Shown: in pieces, positions 36,701 through 47,272 of the stretch
Numbering within the stretch: the first letter of the stretch is position 1
Layout: every line of letters starts with the position of its first letter
Source of the DNA: Macrostomum lignano
Lineage: Eukaryota
Reading direction: 5' to 3'
Assembly (NCBI GenBank): GCA_002269645.1
Contig: NIVC01002829.1
Location: 1 to 64,000 of the forward strand
Length of the DNA: 64,000 bases
Position numbers and translations under genes: made by a program
The notes under the pieces: model-generated
The model's database searches: none
Told to the model about the DNA's origin: nothing
The model's input: the letters and a program-made list of their open reading frames with translations, nothing else

Positions 36701-39065
36701 TGTGTGCAACGAGGCTGCGCTGATCGCCGCCAGGGACTGCAACCAGGCCATCTACTGGAAGCACTTCGAGGCCGCCATTGACCGCGTCATTGCCGGCCTG
36801 GAGAAGAAGACTCAGGTGGGCATTGCCGGAGATATTAGGAGACCTGATTGAGTTCTTTAGAGGGGCTGGGGTGTATTGGACCTTCGGGACCCGATTGAGG
36901 ACCTTTGGGACCTGATTGAGGATCTTAAGGACCTGATTGAGGACCTTTGAGACCCAATTGAGGACATTTAGGACCTGATTGAGAACCTTTGAGACCCAAT
37001 TGAGGACCTTCGGAACCCGATTAAGGACCTTCGGAACCCGATTGAGGACCTTCGGAACCCGATTGAGGACCTTCGGAACCCGATTGAGGACCTTCGGAAC
37101 CCGATTGAGGACCTTCGGAACCCGATTGAGGACCTTCGGAACCCGATTGAGGACCTGATTACATTAAGAATCTGATTGGGTTTAGCGGAGAGTCCTGATT
37201 GAGGACCTTTGGGACCCAATTGAGGACATTTAGGACCTGATTGAAGACCTTTGAGACCCAATTGAGGACCTTCGGAACCCGATTGAGGACCTGATTACAT
37301 TAAGAATCTGACTGGGTTTAGCGGAGAGACCTGATTGAGGACCTCGATGGATGCGCTTAGCCTAGAATCCTAGCCTGTATCCTAGTCTTAGGAATGCAGG
37401 TGAGCACAGAGCACTCTCCATCTCACCCCCGCCAGGTGCTGTCCCCGGAGGAGAAGCGCACAGTCAGCGTGCACGAGGCCGGTCACGCCGTGGCCGGGTG
37501 GTTTCTTGAACACTGCTATCCGCTGCTTAAGGTCAGCATCATTCCCCGGGGCAAAGCGCTTGGCTACGCCCAGTACCAGCCTAGGGACGTGTACCTGATG
37601 ACCCCGGAGATGATGCACCAGCAGATGGTGATGACGATGGGCGGCCGGGCTGCTGAGCAGGTGTTCTTCAACAAGTTCTCGAACGGTGCCCAGGACGACT
37701 TGCAGAAGGTGAGTTACCATTATTGAGTTTAATTCTCAGATATTTATATCTCTGTACTCCTAGGCACAGGGGTTTGCACACTGCCTGACGACAGCACCGC
37801 TGTGCACCCTGTGTGAGCGTGTGCCTGCGTGAGTACACATGAGTGCGTGCTCGGCGGTCAGCGGATTAAAGGTCTACGAAAATTGACTGCCACAAATCTA
37901 CTGCAGACCCTAACCCGAACCTAAACCCTGAGCTTAACCTAAACTCCAACCTAAACTTTGACACTAATCTCAACCCTAACCTAAACCTAAACCTAAGCCA
38001 ACCAAAATACCAACCTAGACCTAAACCCCAACCTAAACTCCAAACTAAAGCCAAACCTAAACCTAACCCCAGCCTAGACCCTAACCTAAACTCCAACCTA
38101 AACTCAATCTAAACTCCAACTTAAACTCAGCCTAAACCCCAACCTAAACCCCAACTTAAACCCAACTTAAACCCAACCTAAACTCCAACTTAAACTCAAC
38201 CTAAACCCCACCTTAAACCCAACTTAAACTCAACCTAAACCCCAACCTAAACCCCACCTTAAACCCACCTTAAACCCAACCTAAACCCCAACTTAAACTC
38301 AACCTAAACCTCAACGTAAACCCCAGCCTAAACCCCAACGTAAACCCCAGCCTAGACCGCAGCCTAAACCCCAACTTAAACCCAGCCTAAATCCCTACTT
38401 AAACTCAACCTAAACCCTAACCCTAACCTAAAATCTCGGCAGGCAATGGCCTCGCTGCCGCGTTCGACTGTCCCCTCGATTTGCGGCAGCGCACCAAAGT
38501 ACACAAATTTATCTAAGCTCCAGGACGTTCACCTTGCATGGTGATGATGGAAACCAGCCTCACATTTCCTGCTCACTGCCCCCGTCCCCTCTCCCTACAG
38601 GTGACGAAGTCCGCCTACACTCAGGTGGCTCAGCTGGGCTTCAGCGACAAGCTCGGCCACCTGAGCTACTCGCAGGAGCAGGAGGGCTTCCAGAAGCCGT
38701 TCTCCGAGGCCACCGCCGCCCTCATTGACGAGGAGGTGAAGCTGCTGATCAGCCGGGCTTGGCAGGACGCGGTGGCGCTGCTGACTGAGAAGCGAGCCCA
38801 GGTGCAGGCCGTGGCTGACCGCCTGCTGGAGCGGGAGAGCATCGACAAGGAGGACCTCATCCAGCTGCTTGGCGAGCGCCCATTTGTCGAGAAGGTCACC
38901 TACGAGGAGCTGACGGCGGGCACCGGCGCGGACGGCGAGTTGGAGCTGCCGGAGGGCCTGAAGGACTGGAATAAGCCGGTTGAGGAGCCCGCCGACAAGG
39001 AGCAGAGGGCGGACTCGCCGCCGCCTCCGACCCGTCCCAGTGTTAACGGTGGCGGCGGCAGCTGA
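33715..39065 (+). CDS. AFG3L2: Mitochondrial m-AAA metalloprotease AFG3-like 2, 5 exons (33715-34284, 35325-36111, 36451-36815, 37436-37708, 38601-39065), 819 aa
   Basis: [31 protein letters not shown], Walker A GPPGTGKT, Walker [36 protein letters not shown] zinc motif, GAQDDL, and C-terminal LPEGLKDWN (AFG3L2-type rather than paraplegin-type). Phases consistent; 2460 nt. Confidence 0.95.
34595..35140. repeat. ~20-23-bp G-rich minisatellite (GTGAGATTTGGTGAGGG..), AFG3L2 intron 1
   Basis: Degenerate tandem copies. Confidence 0.9.
36281..36372 (+). mobile_element. tRNA-derived SINE-like element in AFG3L2 intron 2
   Basis: A-box-like TGGCTTAACTTAGTGATTAGAGC, B box GTTCGATTC (36331-36339), then TGTGTCCTTGAGCAAGACTCTT resembling the CORE-SINE domain, then an AT-rich tail. 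Confidence 0.6.
36840..37350. repeat. 21-bp minisatellite (GATTGAGGACCTTCGGAACCC), AFG3L2 intron 3
   Basis: Tandem copies. Confidence 0.9.
37908..38432. repeat. Degenerate CCCTAA/CCTAAA telomere-like repeat, AFG3L2 intron 4
   Basis: AACCTAAACCCC-type units, ending in AACCCTAACCCTAACC. Confidence 0.85.
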
Positions 39066-39161
39066 TTGTTATAGCTCATTTGATTGATTGCTATGCATTA
39101 CTTTCAGTAGTCTATCGTTAACCGATGTGCTGTTTTTTAGTCCCGTCTGTTTGTCCTGTCA

Positions 39162-39167
39162 AATAAA
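39162..39167 (+). terminator. Candidate poly(A) signal of AFG3L2
   Basis: AATAAA ~100 nt after the stop, followed by a T-rich downstream element. Confidence 0.6.
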
Positions 39168-39209
39168 GAGCATGCGGCTATATTAAGATTTTTGTTACTT
39201 TTCTATTAC

Positions 39210-41010
39210 AAGCCAGTGCGCGCTTATTATCAATGCGCTGTTAAAACCAGTGCGCGCTTAGCATCAATGTGCTCTTAAAACCAATGCGCTCTTAGAACCA
39301 GTGCGCGCTTAAAACCAATGCGCTCTTAGAACCAGTGCGCGCTTAAAACCAATGCGCTCTTAGAACCAGTGCGCGCTTAGCATCAATGTGCTCTTAAAAC
39401 CAATGCGCTCTTAGAACCAGTGCGCGCTTAGCATCAATGTGCTCTTAAAACCAATGCGCTCTTAGAACCAGTGCGCGCTTAGCATCAATGTGCTCTTAAA
39501 ACCAATGCGCTCTTAGAACCAGTGCGTGCTTAGCATCAATGTGCTCTTAAAACCAATGCGCTCTTAGAACCAGTGCGCGCTTAAAACCAATGCGCTCTTA
39601 GAACCAGTGCGGGCTTAAAACCAATGCGCTCTTACAACCGGTGCGCGCTTAAAACTAGTGCGCTCTTAAAACCAGTGCGCGCTTAAAACCAATGCGCTCT
39701 TAGAACCAATGCGCGCTTAGTACCAATGCACTCTTAGTACCAATGCACTCCTAGTACCAATGCACTCTTAGTACCAATGCGCGCTTAGCATCAATGTGCT
39801 CTTAAAACCAGTGCGCGCTTAAAACCAATGCGCTCTTAGAACCAGTGCGCGCTTAAAACCAATGCGCTCTTAGAACCAGTGCGCTTAAAACCAATGCGCT
39901 CTTAAAACCGGTGCGCGCTTAAAACTAGTGCGCTCTTAAAACCAGTGCACGCTTAAAACCAATGCGCTCTTAGAACCAATGCGCGCTTAGTACCAATGCA
40001 CTCTTAGTACCAATGCACTCTTAGTACCAATGCACTCTTAGTACCAATGCGCGCTTAGCATCAATGTGCTCTTAAAACCAGTGCGCGCTTAAAACCAATG
40101 CGCTCTTAGAACCAGTGCGCGCTTAAAACCAATGCGCTCTTAGAACCAATGCGGGCTTAGTACCAATGCACTCTTAGTACCAATGCACTCTTAGTACCAA
40201 TGCACTCTTAGTACCAATGCGCGCTTAGCATCAATGTGCTCTTAAAACCAGTGCGCGCTTAAAACCAATGCGCTCTTAGAACCAGTGCGCGCTTAAAACC
40301 AATGCGCTCTTAGAACCAGTGCGCGCTTAAAACCAATGCGCTCTTAGAACCAGTGCGCGCTTAAAACCAATGCGCTCTTAGAACCAGTGCGCGCTTAGCA
40401 TCAATGTGCTCTTAAAACCAATGCGCTCTTAGAACCAGTGTGCGCTTAGCATCAATGTGCTCTTAAAACCAATGCGCTCTTAGAACCAGTGCGCGCTTAG
40501 CATTAATGTGCTCTTAAAACCAATGCGCTCTTAGAACCAGTGCGTGCTTAGCATCAATGTGCTCTTAAAACCAATGCGCTCTTAGAACCAGTGCGCGCTT
40601 AAAACCAATGCGCTCTTAGAACCAGTGCGCGCTTAAAACCAATGCGCTCTTAGAACCAGTGCGCTTAAAACCAATGCGCTCTTAAAACCGGTGCGCGCTT
40701 AAAACTAGTGCGCTCTTAAAACCAGTGCACGCTTAAAACCAATGCGCTCTTAGAACCAATGCGCGCTTAGTACCAATGCACTCTTAGTACCAATGCACTC
40801 TTAGTACCAATGCACTCTTAGTACCAATGCGCGCTTAGCATCAATGTGCTCTTAAAACCAGTGCACGCTTAAAACCAATGCGCGCTTAAAACGAAAGCGC
40901 TATTAGAACCAATGCACACTTAGTACCAATGCGCTCTTAGAACCAATGCGCGCTTAATGCCAGAGCGCGCTTAGTGACAGCTTGCTCCAGTACCAGTGCG
41001 CGCTTAGAAA
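39210..41010. repeat. Mosaic minisatellite of 16-18-bp related units (AACCAGTGCGCGCTT / AAACCAATGCGCTCTT / GCATCAATGTGCTCTT / TACCAATGCACTCTT)
   Basis: Tandem variant units with repeated higher-order blocks. Confidence 0.93.
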
Positions 41011-41619
41011 AATGTGCGCTAGTTTCCGGTGCGCACTTCGTGCCATAGTAGCTAATGAATTTGAGTAGCAGCGTATTCAACTGCTTGTTTATCCCGAACT
41101 CTGCACTTCTGTCGCAAGTAGATGATACTCTTCACTATCACTTCGCTACTGACAGACAGAAGTGAGGCTATAACTAATTTAAATGCGTCCTGCTCTGTTA
41201 AACGATGATATAATTTTAAAGCATTCTGTTCTCTGTAAATGCGTTTAGTTTGTCGGTTTTAGTGGCTACTGCAAGTAGCGAGAATAGAGCATTGATTTGT
41301 ACCGGCAATTCTATCTATTTTGTCTCTATACAGACTGAAAGAGTGCTGATACAGATTCCTGCTCAGCCTTTGCCAGGGAATGCCTGTCTGTCCGGCAGTT
41401 CGGATTTGAAAATGGAAATCAATAAATCCTAGCGAACACCGGAACTGTGCCGTGCATTTTTGCTGCCTCATCTGCGACAAAAGCTTCCCGTTCTGATGAT
41501 AAGGCAACAAATTGTCTGCTGGCTTTTTATGCTTTTTTCACTGTTTTTCTATTGTTAGTCAAATTCAGTTCAATTTCAGCAAGTCTACCTGGGTCGTAGT
41601 TTGAATATTAGTGCCCACA

Positions 41620-41791
41620 CAAATTTGGGAGAGAGGTAGACTGAGAGTTGAGACGAGAGGTAGGCTGAGATTAGGGCAGAAGAGTAGACTTGAGATTTGG
41701 GGACAAAGGTAGGCTGAGATATGGGGAGAGAGGTTGGCTGAGAATTGAGGAGAGAGAGAGAGAGAGAGAGGGGGGGTAGGCTGGATTTTAG

Positions 41792-41822
<31 letters not shown>

Positions 41823-42556
41823 TAGGCTGGATTTTAGGAGAGAGAGAGAGAGAGAGAGAGGGGGGGTAGGCTGGATTTTAGGAGAGAGGTAAGGCTGAGA
41901 TTTTAGGAGAGAGGTAGGCTGAGATTTGAGGAGAGAGGTAAGGCTGAGATTTTAGGAGAGAGGTAGGCTGAGATTTGAGGAGAGAGGTAAGGCTGAGATT
42001 TTAGGAGAGAGGTAGGCTGAGATTTGAGGAGAGAGGTAAGGCTGAGATTTGGGGAGAGAGGTAGACTAAGATTTGGGGAGAGAGGTAGACTAAGATTTGG
42101 GGAGAGAGGTAGACTAAGATTTGGGGAGAGAGGTAGACTAAGATTTGGGGAGAGAGGTAGACTAAGATTTGGGGAGAGAGGTAGACTAAGATTTGGGGAG
42201 AGAGGTAGACTAAGATTTGGGGAGAGAGGTAGACTAAGATTTGAGGAGAGAGGTAGACTAAGATTTGGGGAGAGAGGTAGACTAAGATTTGGGGAGAGAG
42301 GTAGACTAAGATTTGGGGAGGGAGGTAGACTAAGATTTGGGGAGAGAGGTAGACTAAGATTTGGGGAGAGAGGTAGACTAAGATTTGGGGAGAGAGGTAG
42401 ACTAAGATTTGGGGAGAGAGGTAGACTAAGATTTGGGGAGAGAGGTAGACTAAGATTTGGGGAGAGAGGTAGACTAAGATTTGGGGAGAGAGGTAGACTA
42501 AGATTTGAGGAGAGAGGTAGACTAAGATTTGGGGAGGGAGGTAGACTAAGATTTGG
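41620..42556. repeat. 24-bp minisatellite (GATTTGGGGAGAGAGGTAGACTAA) with (GA)n precursors
   Basis: Tandem copies. Confidence 0.93.
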
Positions 42557-42919
42557 ATAGGTCGCGGCAGAGAAATCGGTGTTCAACTTGAGGATTACTG
42601 GTACTTGTCATTAATACTGAAGCTTGAAACCATCGCTATTCATTACAAGCATTTAGTGCGAAATTTGATCCACATGCTGTGTGACATCTGGTGCAGTGGC
42701 ACTTTTCTGCTCCCTAACTGCGCTTGTTAGGCTGGTGCTGCACTGCGCTTCGCATTTCTTTTAATTGAATTGCGATTCTCGATTGCTTTTTTATCGTTCT
42801 TTATGGTGCGAAGTGTCTGTCTGTAAATATGATAGAATACTTTGCACTGCATCATTTTTTCATCTTTTTAAAAAATTTAGCTCGTGTTCGTCTGAAGTGC
42901 ATTGCTGTCTGACCAACTC

Positions 42920-43320
42920 CCACTGACCTCCTCTCTGACCTCCTCTCTGGCCTCCTGTCTCTGATCTCCCCTCTCTGATCTCTCTGACCTCCTCTCTGAC
43001 CTCCTCTCTGGCCTCCTGTCTCTGATCTCCCCTCTCTGATCTCTCTGACCTCCTCTCTCTGACCTCCCTCTATGACCTCCCCTCTGACCTCCCCTCTCTG
43101 ACCTCCTCTCTCTGATCTCCCCTCTGACCTCCTTCTCTGGCCTCCCCTCTCTCTGATCTCTCTGACCTCTCTCTCTCTCTCTCTGATCTCCCCTCTGACC
43201 TCCTTCTCTGGCCTCCCCTCTCTCTGATCTCTCTGACCTCTCTGACCTCCTCTCTGATCTCCCCTTATTCGACCTTGACTTGCCCTCTCCGACCTCCCCT
43301 CTCTGGCCTTCTCTCTAATC
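42920..43320. repeat. CT-rich low-complexity repeat (CTCTGACCTCC..)
   Basis: Degenerate tandem units. Confidence 0.85.
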
Positions 43321-44319
43321 TCCGGGCCTCTCCTGGCAATGTACTGCCAGTGCAATATCTTGCAATGTGCATCGTGCTTGAATCTGATTAGTTAGGCCGG
43401 TCCGTCCTGCGACCTCTCGTCTGAAAGCCCTTTTTCACAGCCACCGGGGGCGGCTGGGAGCGCAATGCTTGGCTGCCAACCCCCCCCTCCCCAGTCACAC
43501 GGGTGAGCCTGAAGTGCAAAACGGTTTGGCAGGTTGGCGAGAAGGCTTGGCAAAACACTGGGGAGGCAGCCAAGCGAACTTCTTCTTTAGCCTTTGCAGA
43601 GTCTCTGGCCGGCGGTCCAAGTGGATTTTTATTGCCCCAGCCCGTCCGCCTGCCTGCCTGTTCCCGGGAGGCGAGCCCGCGCGGCTGCCTGCCAAACTGA
43701 ATGGCAGGATTTGAATGCGAGGCTTTTTGGTGTCCGGTTCTCTTTTTAAGTGGAATCGCTGCGCTTCAAATCCTTGTTTGAGCGTCGCGCTGCGCCGCAG
43801 TTTTATTTTGCTATTCCTGTCTTCCTTCCAATGTCTGTCCGTTTGCACAATTGAGTGTCTGAGATGCTGCTTGTTAGTTGTTGGTTTGGGATGTCTCAGC
43901 GCCACCTATAGATCGCGGCACACCCCCCCCCCTACAATAATTAGCACTCTCGCAAATTCTGGCGCCCCAAGAAAATCCAGCGCTACTTAAAAATCTGGCG
44001 CCCCAATAAAATTCTGGCGCCCCCAATGAAATCTGGCGCCCCCAAATATTCGCGTCAAATCCAGGTTTTCTTAGAACTGGATTAGAAAAATATTTGTTAA
44101 AATATAGAATCAGCAGGCCACTGATATAAAATTTTTGCTTTTATTTATTGAAGAATTTTATATTCAAGACCGCCTCACCCGGCAACTACCCGCTCCAGAC
44201 GGGCGCAGAAACCCGACATCAATTTTCCTGGGTGCAGGCGGACTTTTAACCTGTTTTACTCTGCTGTGAAGCATGCAGAATCGCTACAAGCTCTTTAACT
44301 CGCTTTTTGCCACCGTCTT

Positions 44320-44595
44320 CCTTCTGGCGCCCCTTGCCAGCCCCAGTTCTGGCGCCCCTTGCCAGCCCCCGTTCTGGCGCCCCTTGCCAGCCCCCGTTCT
44401 GGCGCCCCTTGCCAGCCCCAGTTCTGGCGCCCCTTGCCAGCCCCAGTTCTGGCGCCCCTTGCCAGCCCCAGTTCTGGCGCCCCTTGCCATCCCCAGTTCT
44501 GGCGCCCCTTGCCATCCCCAGTTCTGGCGCCCCTTGCCATCCCCAGTTCTGGCGCCCATTGCCAGCCCCAGTTCTGGCGCCCCTTGCCATCCCCA
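44320..44595. repeat. 25-bp minisatellite (CCCCAGTTCTGGCGCCCCTTGCCAG); related short copies at 43957-44045
   Basis: Period 25. Confidence 0.92.
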
Positions 44596-45111
44596 GGAGC
44601 AGCAACACAAGCAATGCTTGAGTCAACAGAAAATGACGCGGCAAAAACCGTCTCCAATTTCATGGCGCCATCAGTGAAGACCGGGCGACCTCTCCTGTTT
44701 TTGTTGCCAGCCACCTCCAGCTTGGCAACAATCGCAAAATACTGAATTATCTTGGCCGGGGGGGGGGGGCGACCTCGCCGGCTGAACCAGAAACGAAATG
44801 TTCCAAAGAAAATAATCGCTCGCAAATGTCTGCGCAGCTCGCGGCATTGGGCTCGAATTTTGGCCAGCCTGCCGGGTGTTCCCCGGATTGAGGCGGCTCT
44901 GTTTGCTTTTTCTGTTCTACCGACAGAAGCGCCTTGGCTGCCGCAGCTGTTCTGGGCGAGCGCCGCACCGGCACGCATCTGAAGCAAGCGGCTCCTCCCT
45001 GCTTCTGCATGATTAATGCTCCCCACTTTGATAGTGGGAGTCCCATGGCAGCTCCCAGCCCGCCTGTCCTTTCTACTTGTCCTTGAATCCGCCTCTCCTT
45101 TCTACTCGTCT

Positions 45112-46255
45112 TCCCTCAGGCATTGGATCCGTCACTCCTTCAGGCATTCGATCCGTCACTCCCTCAGGCATTCGATCCGTCACTCCCTCGGGCATTGGAT
45201 CCGTCACTCCCTCTGGTATTGGATCCGTCACTCCCTCTGGCATTGGATCCGTCACTCCCTCAGGCATTGGATCCGTCACTCCCTCTGGCATTGGATCCGT
45301 CACTCCCTCAGGCATTGGATCCGTCACTCCCTCGGGCATTGGATCCGTCATCCCCTCAGGCATTTGATCCGTCACTTCCTCAGGCATTGGATCCGTCACT
45401 CCCTCAGGCATTCGATCCGTCACTCCCTCAGGCATTGGATCCGTCACTCCCTCAGGCATTGGATCCGTCACTCCCTCAGGCATTCGATCCGTCACTCCAT
45501 CAGGCATTGGATCCGTCACTCCCTCAGGCATTGGATCCGTCACTCCTTCAGACATTGGATCCGTCACTCCCTCAGGCATTGGATCCGTCACTCCTTCAGA
45601 CATTGGATCCGTCACTCCCTCAGGCATTGGATCCGTCACTCTCTCGGGCATTGGATCCGTCACTCCCTCTGGTATTGGATCCGTCACTCCCTCTGGCATT
45701 GGATCCGTCACTCCCTCGGGCATTGGATCCGTCACTCCCTCTGGTATTGGATCCGTCACTCCCTCTGGCATTGGATCCGTCACTCCCTCAGGCATTGGAT
45801 CCGTCACTCCTTCAGACATTGGATCCGTCACTCCCTCTGGCATTGGATCCGTCACTCCCTCGGGCATTGGATCCGTCACTCCCTCTGGCATTGGATCCGT
45901 CACTCCCTCGGGCATTGGATCCGTCACTCCCTCTGGCATTGGATCCGTCACTCCCTCGGGCATTGGATCCGTCACTCCCTCTGGTATTGGATCCGTCACT
46001 CCCTCTGGCATTGGATCCGTCACTCCCTCAGGCATTGGATCCGTCACTCCCTCTGGCATTGGATCCGTCACTCCCTCGGGCATTGGATCCGTCACTCCCT
46101 CTGGTATTGGATCCGTCACTCCCTCTGGCATTGGATCCGTCACTCCCTCAGGCATTGGATCCGTCACTCCCTCTGGCATTGGATCCGTCACTCCCTCGGG
46201 CATTGGATCCGTCACTCCTTCAGACATTGAATCCTTCACTCCGTCAGGCATTGGA
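45112..46255. repeat. 24-bp minisatellite (GGCATTGGATCCGTCACTCCCTCN)
   Basis: Tandem copies, with a BamHI site in most units. Confidence 0.96.
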
Positions 46256-46871
46256 GCTATGAATCAGTGCAGTGAGCTGAGATTAATTACTTGACAAAGG
46301 ACCGCCAAAGTCTCAGCTAACTCTGTCCTTTTAGCCTGAAATTGGCGGCCGATAGCGCACTGATTGGGTTTCCGGCCGCTCTGATCAGACCAGTCTAGGG
46401 TCCTTGAGCAGCTCGAGAGCCCTTTATCTCCTATGCTGTTTGACCTCGCGGCTCGATTTCCGCATCAAACCCAGCAGCCTGGCATTCTGAGCAGGCGGAC
46501 TCGAAGCGACTCAATTTGAATATTCGGCACTCGATTTGCATGCTTGAGCTGGAAAATGAAAAATTCGATTCGACAATTTAGTCTTAAGTAGCAGAGGCTG
46601 CGGCAGACTCAATTATTATTCACCAAGTATTTTATTGAGTTGTTCGACAAAAAGCTGTACCGTAAATCAATAAAGTGCGCGCAGCTGGACTGAACTTTTA
46701 GTAATTGGTTATGAAAATCGGTGAAGAATTGCAATCTCTAGAGCGTTATGGACAAGCATACAAACCTTAGAGATTTAGTATATTTGGATTAGAATTTATA
46801 GCTATTGAGATCGACACGCCAGCATTTACCCCTTAGGAGCCAAAAAATTAAAATATGTTTTGGCTTTTGGA

Positions 46872-47115
46872 GTTATGATATTTCGGGTTTGTGATATTCC
46901 AGGTTTGTGATATTCCGGGTTTGTGATATTCCAGGTTTGTGATATTCTGGGTTTGTGATATTCCGGGTTTGTGATATTCCAGGTTTGTGATATTCCGGGT
47001 TTGTGATATTCTGGGTTTGAGATATTCCGGGTTTGTGATATTTCGGGTTTGGGATATTCCAGGTTTGTGATATTCCAGGTTTGTTATATTTCGGGTGTGT
47101 GATATTCCGGGTTCG
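46872..47115. repeat. 16-bp minisatellite (TTTGTGATATTCCRGG)
   Basis: Tandem copies. Confidence 0.9.
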
Positions 47116-47272
47116 TGATGGCGACCCACGCAATGGCACAGAGTTTTGAGTTTGCCTTGGTTATTCACTTGGACGTCGGTGAGGCGGCCATTCGAGGATG
47201 CGGAACGGGAATAGACAATTGATTCGATTCCCCACCAGGCCATCGATCACCACCAGGGAATTAATTGGCCCT

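Noticed and set aside
45016-46262. ORFs of 379-404 aa (HWIRHSL, MPEGVTDP, DPSLPQAL)
   Set aside because: A 24-bp tandem repeat open in several frames on both strands; no non-repetitive domain or splice context.
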